The translations under genes and the position numbers were made by a program. The notes beneath the pieces were generated by a model. The model saw only the letters and a program-made list of their open reading frames with translations. It was not told where the DNA came from and ran no database searches. A stretch of DNA of 64,000 nt from the NCBI GenBank assembly GCA_002104905.1, contig MCFE01000111.1, forward strand, positions 104,004-168,003. Reading direction: 5' to 3'. The stretch comes from Basidiobolus meristosporus CBS 931.73 (taxonomy: Eukaryota > Fungi > Basidiobolomycota). Shown in pieces: positions 20,036 to 32,545 of this stretch. How positions within the stretch are numbered: the first letter of the stretch is position 1; each line of letters begins with the position of its first letter.

Positions 20036-21751
20036 ATGCACCTTACCTACCCACTACACAGATATGTCTTTCAAAATGACGAAAAAGCGGTCGAGGCTGC
20101 TTTAGGGGGCCCGCTATACAACCAAATCAATGAAAGGGACCATCGTGGAAATACCCCCTTACAATTGGCCTTGATTCTTGGTCGGGTGAGGATCGCTAAT
20201 CTCTTACTCAACCGTGGGGCTGAGTGCCTTGGTTTGAAGAAGAATGGGAACGAGCCCCCTTCCTGGACATCACTAGACGAAGCTTGTGCCTTGGAGGACA
20301 GGGATCTTGTTCGAAAGGTTTTGCAGAAATCCATTGATCAACATGTTCGTGATTGGTGTGCACCACCATTCAACCCTTCACATGGTGCCAGGGCTGGGCC
20401 AATAGCCAATGAAACCACTGTCAATCCCAACATATCTCCAGAGGGTGGTCCTCTAGCAAGACTAAACAAGAAGTTCCACGAGAATGCCGACATCACACTG
20501 CACTGGAAGTTCACCAGTCGCATCTCTAACACACTGGCCCGCCATGCCTTGCCAAGAGACTCCATCCGCATCCGCAAGAAGTCCTCCTATTTCCGTCTGG
20601 ACTTTGGAGAAACTTCTCTTGGGATGTTCGGCGGCTTTGACAAGAAGGATGATCGAGGCGCTGACGTGATTAACAAGCGTCGCCAGTATCTCAAGAAGAA
20701 CGATATCCAAAGATTCAGCTTGGTTATCCGTGTTGACGATCCCAATGTTCCTCAAGCATTCCCAGCTCCACCTGCAGTGTTTCTACTTGACCATGAGCGT
20801 GAGTGGGTCCAGGAGCTCTACCCAGAGTTTTACCCCGAGTCCTTGCTCGAGAGTGCCGTGTCCACTTGTCTCCGTGCACCCATGGTGAAGTACTGGATTC
20901 CGCTGCGCGACATGGAAATCAAAGAGAAGCCCGAGAAAAAGAAGAAAGGGTTGGGCATGTTGATGAAGAAAAAGTCAGGTGCTACCACTTACAAGATCAA
21001 GAATGCCTCGATTTCTATTCTTGTGCGCGAACTCGAGGAGCGTGTTTGGGCCAATGGCAACGGTGGAGTTGCATCCAATGCGCTAATCAAGAAGTTAAAA
21101 GCCCTCGGGTTCAGTGGCTTGGATAGCATGCTAACCAACGGAAACGATGTTTCCAAATTGGGCAAAAGTGGAAACGGCTCGGACTCTGATTCAGACTCCG
21201 AGTCTGATGATGAAGCCAGCAGTAACTCTCCATCCGGCAATGGTAAAGGCAATGGCTGTAAAAATCACCAAGAGGACCCCAACATTCAGGCAGAGTTGGT
21301 CAAAATGTCGGTGACCGATAGTTACGAGGATTATTTTAGCGCGAACATCAAAAAGAACGTTTGCTTCAACAAGGCTGAAACCGTCACCCAGTATATCAAG
21401 TTTGAACTTAAAGAGCCTATCAAAGTCAAGTGGGCACCCACTATCCCAGGAAGCACGAAGAGCAAAAACTTAAGCAATGGCTCGTCTGGATTCCCATTAT
21501 CTTTCGATCAATTTTCCCCCATTTTCGAGCATCTTTTCAGCGGAGGGATTCTAGACTGGGCTGGATTCGCCAGTCTCTGGAATGAGTCCCGCAAGAAGGA
21601 CGCAACCCCCGGATTTCCAGTAAAGATTAACATCCCGCTACATCCAGTTATTGGGGTCAGAATTAGCTTCAAGGAATGCCATGTAGGTACCTCACTACCT
21701 GACGATCTCTTCCAGAATCAGGGATACAAGAAAAACGTCGTTATTCACTAA
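20036..21751 (+). CDS. Ankyrin-repeat protein, ANKRD13 family
   Basis: N-terminal YPLH...GNTPLQLALILG...WTSLDEA ankyrin repeats, ITLHWKFTS, and C-terminal PGFPVKINIP...ISF...PDDLF. Confidence 0.75.
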   Translation: MHLTYPLHRYVFQNDEKAVEAALGGPLYNQINERDHRGNTPLQLALILGRVRIANLLLNRGAECLGLKKNGNEPPSWTSLDEACALEDRDLVRKVLQKSIDQHVRDWCAPPFNPSHGARAGPIANETTVNPNISPEGGPLARLNKKFHENADITLHWKFTSRISNTLARHALPRDSIRIRKKSSYFRLDFGETSLGMFGGFDKKDDRGADVINKRRQYLKKNDIQRFSLVIRVDDPNVPQAFPAPPAVFLLDHEREWVQELYPEFYPESLLESAVSTCLRAPMVKYWIPLRDMEIKEKPEKKKKGLGMLMKKKSGATTYKIKNASISILVRELEERVWANGNGGVASNALIKKLKALGFSGLDSMLTNGNDVSKLGKSGNGSDSDSDSESDDEASSNSPSGNGKGNGCKNHQEDPNIQAELVKMSVTDSYEDYFSANIKKNVCFNKAETVTQYIKFELKEPIKVKWAPTIPGSTKSKNLSNGSSGFPLSFDQFSPIFEHLFSGGILDWAGFASLWNESRKKDATPGFPVKINIPLHPVIGVRISFKECHVGTSLPDDLFQNQGYKKNVVIH

Positions 21752-22001
21752 GAGTAAGGGATACAACAAGTGCGTCATTATCCCCTCAAAATCCAAACCC
21801 ATCATTCATGAAACTTTAATCATTCTACATTCCACTACCCTCGGATTAGTGAACTTTTAGATCTCTTACTCTCATACACCCCATTCATGTAATGATATTG
21901 TTTATTCCACATGATACTCGCCAGACACACTAACCATTAGGTATGCTAATAAACTCAACTTTATATGCCAATTGCATGACGCAGAACTAATAAACCCAAC
22001 T

Positions 22002-23919
22002 TCATATGTCAATTTTGACATAATGCAGAATCTCGTCCAAGTTATCTAAATACCCATTGTGCCCATTGACTAGTTCGGTTAGATCTATCGACTCTACTCC
22101 TGCAACGTTGACTGGCTCTAAGCCGGCTGCGTTCAAGTTAAGGTTGTGAAGGCGAAACAGAAACCCAAGAACCCAGTCCTTTGTCGAATAGCCATTGATA
22201 AATCGCCGTGAGACCACATCCGTAGCAGACGCCCAACGCTTTGCATCAATACTAATAGGTGCGCCCAGCAATATTACTAAAGTAGTGCGAGTAAGGGGTA
22301 AATGGCTTGGGAACAACACACACATTGGTAGAATCAACAGGTACCTTCATCAATTAGTCCATATTTCTTACGTTTTGATAATTCAAGTAAGCACTCAAAA
22401 ATGGCCAAGGCCCCAAGTGAGAAGCCCACCTAAAGAAGCAAAAGGTTAGCCGAAAGGGTGTCAATATTATTGGTTATGAAACTTACTAATGAAGCCGGCC
22501 TGTTTCCCTGAATTCTTTCGGTAAGCACGTCCGCTAAGACTAGTCCAGCCTTCTTTGCTCTGTCTATCCCAACTATCCAAGGATTATCTATCAAATCCCC
22601 AGCTTTTATCAGAGACATTGGTAGTGCCATTGATGCCATCAGCGTGGCCATCACTGTTCTTTTCAATGTCTCAGTAGCAGCAAATTTAGCTGCTTCGGTG
22701 GCAAGGAACATGTCAAATGCACTTCCAAGAGATAGGAGCTCGCCGGACTCAAATACCAAGCTAAATATATCTCGATGGGATTTAGCATTGGAAAAGGCTT
22801 GCTCCCAAGGAACCGTAATATCATCAAGGGTTCTAAGATAGCCAGATACTACGATGGTCGCATTCAGTGATGGAATAGCAGGTAGAGATGGGTCGGTCAT
22901 TGAAATAGGTTTGAAATAAAACTCTCTCAAGTTACGCATTCTCTTCGTAACCTTGAACCCTAAAGTAATGGAAATGGTAGGTACTTATCTCAACAATGGC
23001 TAATAGCAATATCGCATACCTGCCAAGCCTCCTCCAGCAATCCCAAACAATGAAGTGATCACAGCCACACCGGCGGTAGAGGCAAGAAACGCTGCGCTCC
23101 CAAGACCCAGAGCACTTATCCCAGCAGCGACAAAAGGTGCAGCTAATCCTCCTGTAAGACCGATTGCAGTTGCACCTACTACGGCGGAAACTCCAGTCGC
23201 AATCCACCTCCATTTCTTGTTCTTCTTAGAATGAGAAGCGATGGTAGATTTGGTGGTCTCATCCATGTTGTTCTCTATTTCTTGCTCGGATAGCTTGATG
23301 AAATACAGTTCTTGGGATACCCGCTTCTCAGTATAGTGAACCTCCTCCAAAGGTAATTGTAGTAATTTGGCAATAGCGAATATTGCACTACGTGACCGCG
23401 CATCATATTCTCCAACTTTGTTTTCTTGTTTACTATGCTCGCCTAGCGCACTTTTTTCCGCAGAATTCTTGGCTTGATGAGTGTCGAATAAACCAAGGCA
23501 GATCATAAGAAAATCCGATAATATCTCCTTTCGTATGTCTTTCTTGGAATCGTTGGGATTCTGGTAACTAGGGATCAGTGAACTAGCTATTGTTTCGAAA
23601 ACGAACTCATCATTCTCTTGTAACTCTCGAAAGACTACGTCTAGAATAGCCTCTTGCTCTATTAAAGCTGTTCAGTATAGATCTATAGGCTAGAAAGAGG
23701 TCGCTCGAATTGCTTGGGTATATTACCTGGTATCTTAGTTATGTCAAAGTGATGAAATACGCTCTCTCGAAAGCGCAATAGCCATTCCGAATCTTCTTTT
23801 CCGAGTTTCTCGATTGATATTAGCAACAATACAGCTACAGCAAAGCGATCTGCTTCCTCCCAGGTGTTTGCAAAATACACTGGCCATTCAGGTTCATCGG
23901 TGGAGGTTGCTTCGGACAT
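22002..23919 (-). CDS. DUF726/TMCO4-like protein, multi-exon
   Basis: YDARSR, AIGLTGGLAAPFVAAG, LFGIAGGGLAG, NPWIVGIDRAKKAGLVLADVL..GNRP, VVSRRFINGYSTKDWVLGFLFR and GHNGY motifs. Confidence 0.85.
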
Positions 23920-24197
23920 GGTAAATCAACACTTTCAAGTGAAAAATTGGTCCCTTGTGTTCAACATGCAACACAGTATTTCCCCCACGCCTATTAGTGA
24001 GGTCACAAATGACGTCAAAGCAACTGGTGATATCTATTAATAACATTAACACGTTTCATGAAGAATTCACGGAATGGCAAATAACAAATTTATTGAATTC
24101 GGATAACATACACTAACGAAACTACCGGACAACATACAGGAGCAAAAAGCGCTGGCTATGATACAAAAGATCCATATTTACACCAAAGAGAGATGAC

Positions 24198-24608
24198 TCA
24201 TCCGCGGTTCATCTTGGAGGCTCTGTCGACGAAATCCCGGATGGTACGTTCATCTTTCATGCCAATCAGCCGCTCTGTCACCTGATTTTTGCTCATCATA
24301 AGTATGGAAGGCAGGTTGTTGATGTCGTAAATGGCAGCGACTTCCTGCACCTCGTCTACATTTACTTTGATCAACACCAGATTTCCTGCTTCTTTCATTG
24401 CCTTCTTAAGAGCAGGGCCCACCATTCGGCATGGACCGCACCAGTCAGCATAGAAGTAGATCAAAACGGTGGAGTTTTTGCATTGCTGTAGTGTCTCGTG
24501 AAAGCTCTCTGCAGTAGCATCAATGATTTGCCCCTCCTTACTGGAGGCGAGGAATGCGCTACGAAGAGCGTTGAATGAGCGAGTGGCTGCGCGGGAAAGT
24601 GTTCTCAT
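24198..24608 (-). CDS. Thioredoxin, probably mitochondrial (136 aa)
   Basis: WCGPC active site. Arg/Ser/Ala-rich N-terminus MRTLSRAATRSFNALRSAFLAS. ATG at 24608. Confidence 0.88.
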   Translation of the reverse strand: MRTLSRAATRSFNALRSAFLASSKEGQIIDATAESFHETLQQCKNSTVLIYFYADWCGPCRMVGPALKKAMKEAGNLVLIKVNVDEVQEVAAIYDINNLPSILMMSKNQVTERLIGMKDERTIRDFVDRASKMNRG

Positions 24609-25085
24609 CGTTTTTTGGAAGTGCGGAGTATTGTTAGACTCGATCAATTATATACAGATTTTTGAGTAGTACAGACAGTATTAGCGCACATCTAGGCCCA
24701 CGTTTAGTATAACAACTGATGCCAAGTCACTGAGACATTATCGCGCATGGGATCTTGGATAAAGATTGCTTATGTGAGAAGAGACGAAGCCAGCCTGGCA
24801 ACCCAGAGAACTGGCAGTTGTGTCTGGGCCTTTAACAGTATTGAGTTATCTGGTCAGTCATCTCCGATATATCACTCAGATTTCAAAAACGACTTTGTGC
24901 TACACAAGCCTGTGGCAACCTTAGCCGAAAATTTGATGATTTGAAACAGATTGGTTGTTACAGCCTGGTAGCGCTATCTGGATTCTATTGGATGAGGCTA
25001 TGTTATTGATATATGCTAGTCTTAGTCTGCAGCCAAATGAATTTATTATGTATTATAGTTGTAGAACGTCAGTAGCTTAGACAAT

Positions 25086-26970
25086 ATGCAACAGTCAAAC
25101 GAAATAGAGAGACCTGTGATCCACGGTATGTCAGTTATCCTTACTGCGAAGACCAAATCCTATGGAACTCATTTTGCTTAGTGGAGTGCTGTTTGAAAAC
25201 GGAGAGTCCTCACCGATTCTCAGTCATAGAAGAAAAACTGAGGTTCTACCTTGAACAGAATAAGCGTTTCCTGGTCACGCAATCTCAGATTCAAGACTTT
25301 ACAGATGATCCATTCTTAAACGAGAACGTGGAGAGTATAAAGATCGGGGAAGCGTCCACAGGTTATTCGGTTCGTTAGGAGTTTCTAGTTTTAAGACTAA
25401 AAATATATTAGGCTTGGAATATCAAGTGTATGAGCTGGAAAAGGTCACTGTGGAGTTTCATATCTACCAGCTCAACGAAGAGGAGGCCGTTGAGGAAATG
25501 AATGAAGACGAAAATATACCTGTTTCCAATCATTGGGTGTTGCCTGCACGTTGCCTTGATGGCTTATGGGAAAGGTAACAGTAGTGTTCTACACCCGGTG
25601 GATAATGCTAAACTAGGTCAATTTTAGTTTAGTGTTTGACGACAACATTCAAAACAACCTCTTGAGATATATTCACACTACAATGCTGTTTTCTGATCGG
25701 AGTGTGGACGCCAATATAATATCGTGGAATCGGTAAGCGGATTATATGATGCGGCTGAGGATTGAAATTTGTGTTCAGCTTTCTCTGTAAGAATCATTTT
25801 ACTACACGGACCTCCCGGTACAGGCAAAACATCTCTATGTAAAGCTTTAGCTCAGAAACTATCGATTAGACTTGCACATAGGTATGCTCCCAGAATCCTT
25901 TGAGACGCTTCGAAGTTTTTATCTAAAGAGCTCTATGTTCAGATATTCTTATGGCCGGCTTATTGAGATCAATAGTCACAGCCTCTTTTCCAAATGGTTT
26001 TCCGAGTCGGGAAAACTAGTGATGAAAATGTTTCAGCAAATTGAAGAGTTGGTGGAGGATGAGGAGTCTTTTGTCTGTGTCCTCATAGGTAAGTGTGGAT
26101 TTCTCTTCCACAACAACAACATGCTCACACATCCCCTCTCGGTATAGATGAAGTGGAAAGTTTAACAGCCGCCCGAAAGGCCGCAATGTCGGGTTCTGAG
26201 CCATCCGATGCACTTAGGGTAAGTCGCGATACTTGATTTGCTACCAACTTGCATTCTCAGATAACAATTGTAGGTGGTAAATGCGGTATTAACTCAAATA
26301 GACAAACTGAAAAGAAGGAAAAATGTCATCATTTTGACCACAACAAATATAACTGAGGCCATCGGTAAGCCTTGAATATTCCACCGTAGTGACAGAGATT
26401 TATGTTGACCGTTTGTATAGACTTGGCATTTGTTGATCGTGCCGACATCAAGCAATATATAGGACATCCCTCGCACAAGGCCATTTACAATATCCTGCTC
26501 TCCTGCCTGAACGAGCTAATCAGAGCAAATATTATCTCATCGGCAGTTAGTAATCCTACGATTATAAGGGGTGCCCATTGTAAATATTAAGTCTATCTTT
26601 AGGAGCAACTGATGGATTGGCGAGGAATAGAGTTCTATTTATCGACTGGGAAAACGCCTGGTGCAAGTTACAAATTATACTGCGTGGCTCAACGGTGCAA
26701 GGTCGAGCTGGGATTCGAACAAACATTCAACTATGACTTTTATTCACAATTCATGTATAGGGGCTAAGTGGTCGATCATTAAGGAAGTTACCCTTCTTGG
26801 CACATGCATTGTTCCTTCAAGTAAGACCACAGCTTAGTACCCACATATTCACACTTCTCATTAACATGAACACTCCATTTAAGAGCGAATGCAGCGACCT
26901 GACAGAGTATCTTCGAGCTCTCGAGTTAGCCATCACAATGGAGCTATCTAGCCGTCAACTTCTAGAATAA
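25086..26970 (+). CDS. PCH2: Pachytene checkpoint AAA+ ATPase PCH2/TRIP13, multi-exon
   Basis: [89 protein letters not shown] and [15 protein letters not shown]. Confidence 0.95.
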
Positions 26971-27127
26971 ATAAACAATGGTGGTCGAGTTTTTCAAAAG
27001 TCTGTGGTTGCCTCCTTCTAATTTAGCTCAGATAGCAACTCTTCCCGAATTTATTCTTAATTCGATGCGAGCAGCGACACTTGCGTCTAATCCTAAAGTA
27101 AGTTGGGCTGGGGATCTATATCCGATT

Positions 27128-28560
27128 CTAAATATTCAAATCCTCATCGGGATCCTCGTCATCGAAATCATCTGCCTCGTCAGGCTCGTAATAAATCGCA
27201 CCGGACACCTCGTTTTCTGGAACGAAATGATTAGTGGGAGCTATTGGCACTGGTAGCAGATTGACCACATGTACCTTGAGTCTTTAGATATGGAAGAACG
27301 ACCTCATTCTTAGCCTTTCTCTGCTCTTCTGTCAGGTTGAGGTTAAATGATAGATTGGCCATGGGATCAACCTTTAGAGAGATGTGGGTAAGTGCTTTGC
27401 TTGATCCATAAATACATCTATCTACGAATTACCTCGGGTGTCTCAGACTCTGGCTCAGGAATGACTGGCTTATCAACAATGGTGGAAATAGATAAGCCAC
27501 CGGTCGGAGTAACCTCGAAAATGATCCTCTTTTGAATTGAAAAATCTGTATTAGCAATAAACTCACTCTGCCTCTTCTTCCATTTAATGACCTACCTCAC
27601 GAACCACTTTCCCTGATTTGCGTTTGTGCTCGATCTCGCATTTCCCAGTTGCAAGAGAGTTCGATGATTCAGTGATATACTCCTGAGGTCCCTCGAAATC
27701 CAGAGGGTCCTGCTCCAGAACATTCTTGACAACAACTCTAGTAGATGCTAGTTGTGAAAACGCACTGGAAATATGTGGAAGAGCAGAGTAGCCGGAGGAT
27801 CCGGTAGGATCCGGAACATCCGCGTGATAGGTGGCTATCACATTACTAGGCTCTAAAACGATCGAAATGGTGTTGGAACTTGAATCATGTACTCGCGCGC
27901 CAAAGCTTACCTTTGGTTTCGTCAACGATATTCTTGATAAACTTGAAGGTTTTGACGGGAGAATCGCGTATGAACGAACTTACAGAATCCAACACTAGCG
28001 TATATGGTACATTTGCTATGAGACCAAGTAAAATAAGAGTCAATCTAGCGAATGCAGGAAAAAGCTACGAATTTGGACGAAGATCAATACTCGACTGGGT
28101 CAATTTCTTAAGCAAAACCTCGGCCTCTTTAAGATCCGAGGCGTTTTTCAAAACATAAAGGCTAGGTGACTGCCTGGAATTATCATTCTTCTTGGCGTAC
28201 ACGTTAGTGTAGGCGTCAACATATACGATTCTAAGAAATATCATTTAATACAATCAGACCCAGGCACTGACTATTTGTGTGCTTGTGGCGTGACCAAGTA
28301 CCTAAGCTCTCCTGGTAAATCTTTTTCGAGAGAGGCAACAGAATTTTCGGTTGTTAGCCATATTACCCGACGGTTGCTGTATGGTCTCTTTAGTAATGAA
28401 TTCTGCTGGAGAATTTAGAGTAGCTAGGTTACCTTAGCCCAGCTCTAATAACAAATTCCTTGAGTAGGAGGAAGTTGCTTTGTTCCAAAGTGCTCTCTAC
28501 TACGATCAAAGGAGAGTATTCTCTTCCAGACAGAAGTTTCTCAAAGAAGGGGGTGGACAT
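27128..28560 (-). CDS. ELP5: Elongator complex subunit 5, multi-exon
   Basis: N-terminus MSTPFFEKLLSGREYSPLIVVESTLEQS. C-terminus DPMANLSFNLNLTEEQRKAKNEVVLPY...IYYEPDEADDFDDEDPDEDLNI*. Confidence 0.85.
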
Positions 28561-28849
28561 TTTCCCTTGTGACTTGAAAGCAACCAACCTAACTTTCGAG
28601 GCCAGCGCTAGTTGGTATTATTTTTTTCCAGGCTTGACAACCCGGGGAGATTCGACATATTAGATGAATAACTTATGTGATGGTTTAGCCCACTTTTAGT
28701 TCAGATTGGTTTGAATTACACCAAAGTGATCAGCGATTGACGCTGGACTTGGGTTGGCTCATAGCCATTGGTTTAATATTAGTGACAGCAGAATATCAAT
28801 TGCTCAGTAAACCACTTGAGGCATAGAGTGAAAGGTAACCTTCAAGGCC

Positions 28850-30145
28850 ATGTACTTTACAAAGTCGAGCAGCAAACTTTTATTGAGTTTGACGTTTGCG
28901 GTTTCTATAACACAATACTTTCACCTCTGCAAAGGCCTGACCAATATCAATGTTGATCTACTTGGGAATCCGCAATACGAGGTTGTGATTAAAACTCACT
29001 TAATATCACAAAGTAGTTTCGACCCGATATCGAATAAGGGAGAAGCAAATGTAAGTTATCCTTTCTACCATTGTTGTGCCTTTCCCGCAACCTCCCGCCT
29101 TTAACATATGCTCTTCTCAATGTCACTGTTACCAGTCTTTAGATAGACCTCGCGAAGCCTCTAATGTCGACTCGCAGAAAATCTTGATGCGGAATTCCCA
29201 TGGTGAGAGGTTCCTGTGCACGGTACCTACACCACCACCACCTCCTCCAGAGGTTACTACACCAGAGCAAGATTTATCCAAGGAAGACTTAGATAAAATT
29301 GCTGAGCGTGGGCTGGAATTGCTACAGCCACTAGAGAACAAATGCATTATATATGTAAGTGCGACTCTTCCGGTCTTATACCATTCGGACCTTTGGAAAT
29401 TCATGATATTTCTTAGCCGGAATCATGGTGGACCTACAAGTATTGCCACCAGAAGGATCTTCAGCAATACCATGTCAATATGGAGGGCGATAATACGGAA
29501 GGAACTATGATATTTTACCTTGGTAGATTTAAGGAGCCTAGCAGCAAAGAGCCTCTGGCAAGGGTGCAGTCCATAGCTGGCAAGAAATATCTCGTTCAGC
29601 ATTGGAGCGATGGTACTAATTGCGATCTGAACGGAAAACCGAGAACCACTGAGATTCAGGTAAGCGCCCTTGAAGACCGCACTTGGGATTCTAGCATGTA
29701 GCTGACACTCTTGCGAAAGTTCCACTGCAACCCAAATGTCGATTATCAGATTGCAGAAATCAAGGAGGTTTCCACATGCAATTACCTTATGGTCATCCTC
29801 ACGTCAGACCTTTGCAAGGATCCACTCTTTACTAACAAAGAAGCATCGCTACACCACACCATTCAATGTGAGCCGATGGATGCAGTGAATAGGCCGCTGG
29901 ACCAAGCGTCGACCAAAGTTCCGCCCAACTCTCTGGATAGCAAACTCCCACCTACCAAGAATCCGCACCCTCGCATTCACATCCTAAATGCCAAAGATGG
30001 TCGGCAATTAGCGGATCGACTGGTAGCTGAAATCATCCGGGCTGGCAAAGATAAACAGAAACCATCTGTCCCGCAAGCTGATAAATTGGCTCAGCACGAC
30101 GACAAGGAGAAGCAACAGGAAGAGGAGCCCAGAGCTGAGCTGTGA
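28850..30145 (+). CDS. YOS9: OS-9/Yos9 MRH-domain ER lectin, multi-exon, ends in -RAEL
   Basis: Signal peptide, GERFLC, WWTYKYCH, YLGRF, WSDGTNCDLNGKPRTTEIQ, FHC..EIKEVSTCNYLMVI..LC and an ER-retention-like C-terminus. Confidence 0.85.
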
Positions 30146-30316
30146 TACGCTTTGTAGCTTGCACCACCAACCAACGAATAAAGAATTAATGTACCATGTT
30201 GTCCTATTGAATATGTCGCTTTTAAAATCTTTATCTTTGGATATTTTTACACAAGCAAGTAAATTAAGGGGACAAGGGTGCAATCAAACATCGAACAATT
30301 AAGTACTATCCAAGTA

Positions 30317-30817
30317 TTAACAATGGCAGTTCTCCTTCCAGATTGCGGTACCATCAACGAAGATCTCCTTTTTCCAAATGGGGACTCGTGCCTTCAACTC
30401 GTCAATGAGGAAATGGCACGCCTCCAAGGAGGCCCGACGATGTTTGGAGGAGACTACGACTATGACACTGGTTTCGCCAACTGGGACCTCGCCGATCTTG
30501 TGGTGAATGGCACAATTGATAAGGCTCCATTTCTCCCGAGCCTCAGCAATGATCTGATATAGCATCTTCTCGGCCATAGGAACGTAGCCCTCGTAGGAGA
30601 GTGTCTTCACTTGCTTGTCTAGATGGGTTGCAGGAAAACAGGACAAAGATTAGCTAAAGGCCCAACGACAGCTGCGGCGGGACGCACCTTCAAACACATT
30701 ACGGGTAGTCCCAAGGAAGGTTGAAATGGCACCAGCGCCATCGTCCTTGACCAGGTCGATGAGTTCTTGGACCAAGAGGGGATCTTCGCTGACCTTGCAG
30801 TTGTCGATGCCTGGCAT
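30317..30817 (-). CDS. MOCS2B: Molybdopterin synthase catalytic subunit (MoaE-like); one intron
   Basis: GAGAISTFLGTTRN, LSYEGYVPMA, HKIGEVPVGETSVIVVVSSKHR and IDELKARVPIWKKE. Confidence 0.92.
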
Positions 30818-31255
30818 TTTCCTGTGTGTACAGTTAGAGTAAACACGAGACCCTCTGCCCCTCAGTCAGCTTTTATGGGCCATTCCGTCTTCACAGATTA
30901 CCAAACAGGCGAATCTGATTTTCACAATTCCTAAAATGAGCGCCACACTCCCGATATCTTACCGTATTGAATCATATCACACGGTCTGAACAAAGTCTAC
31001 CCTTTAGAGGTAAAACGTGCCCAATGGTTTCGGAATACTCACTTCCGTATCATTGCTCTCGGGCGAGTATATATTGAGCGCTGGTACGAGTAATCAGAGC
31101 CAATTGCTTTCCTGGTTCAGAATAAATTCGTCCACTCAGAGCCATCACCACCAATGAAATCTCGACAACATTTATCTCTCTGAATAAAAAGTATGACTCC
31201 CATCTAACGCATAAAGTACTATTCTCGGCGCGTTTAGCTTCCAACTGTTATCGCT

Positions 31256-32187
31256 ATGTCTCTCCGTACTGGCCTTGGTTTCTACTTCTGTTTGTTTTTG
31301 GTACTCTTGTCGCCCTTCGCTGGTAAATACTTCACTGAGTCTCTTCCCTCTGCCATTATTTACCGACCTTTCTCTTGATAATGTAGCTTGGGCCCAAGAG
31401 AAACCCGAAGTCAAGGTTTCCGCTGACTTTTCTGGTGGTATGTATTTTGGATGTGTCTGCTACAAGCACCTTATGAACCCTTTCTAATCGTTATTTCAGT
31501 TGTTGTCAATGGGGAGATGAACAACATGGTCATCAGCTTCGCCAACAACGGCGAAACTGAACTTAGTGTTGCAACCGTGCAAGGCGCCTTCGTTCACCCC
31601 GACAACTTTGAACAAGTCTTGCGTAGCGTACGTACTAGTAAAGGAAATCCGACCCATCTGCTGTAATACTGACGTGTTTTCCACGCGATAGTTGACCCCA
31701 TTGAAGGTTAACAAGAAGGTTGCTGCTGGCGACATCATCGAGATTCCTTTCAAATTCTATGCCGATTTCAGCCCCACCGAACTTGGCCTCGTCGTCTCCG
31801 TCGATTTTGCCGACAAGGCTAAAACCACCTTCAACGAAGTTGCTCATAGCGCTGTCGTCATGCTCATCAGCACCGAAAGCATCTTCGATATTCAGCTGTA
31901 AGTAGAAACTCGACTTCAATCGTGCACAACAACGCGCTAACTCCCATGGAACATGTAGCCTCTCCGTGTACCTTCTGTTGATTGCCGGAGTTGTTGGCAT
32001 CGGCTACATGATCAAGAACACCTACTTCAAGCCTGCTCCCAAGAAGCGTGCTGCTCCTCAGCCCGTTGCCCCAGTCAAGGATACCGAAAAGAAGGTCGAC
32101 CAAAGCTGGGTTCCTGAGCATCACTTCAAATCCTCTCCTAAGCAATCACCCAAAACTTCCCCCAAGTTGAAGAAGCGTAGAGCTTAA
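31256..32187 (+). CDS. Translocon-associated protein alpha (SSR1/IRC22-like), multi-exon
   Basis: Signal peptide, VVNGEMNNMVISFANNGE, a luminal Ig-like region, SIFDIQL, one TM helix and the DQSWVPEHH C-terminal motif. Confidence 0.8.
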
Positions 32188-32545
32188 TCACTTTCGTATC
32201 GGATCTAGAGACACCTGTTCGTACAAGTAAAATTGTTGTATAACTACTTGTTGTTAGTTTGATTTTTTATGTGCCATTATTTTTACTAGTAATAAACCAG
32301 TATACTCGTCTCGCGAAACCAATTCCGTGTGCATAATTCACACCCCAAATGTGAGCACAAATCGTAGGCCAATGAAAATTCGGAGGGAGAAATGTAAACA
32401 AATCCACCTGAAATCAATTTTTAGTGTAAACAATAGGAATTGTAGTTCAGAAGGGCTCTCCGGTCCATCCATTCACAACTTAACCCTTGACTCCTCTTCC
32501 CCCTTCTAGGTTTTATCCCTCCAAGTCTCTTCTATTCCATTTGAA

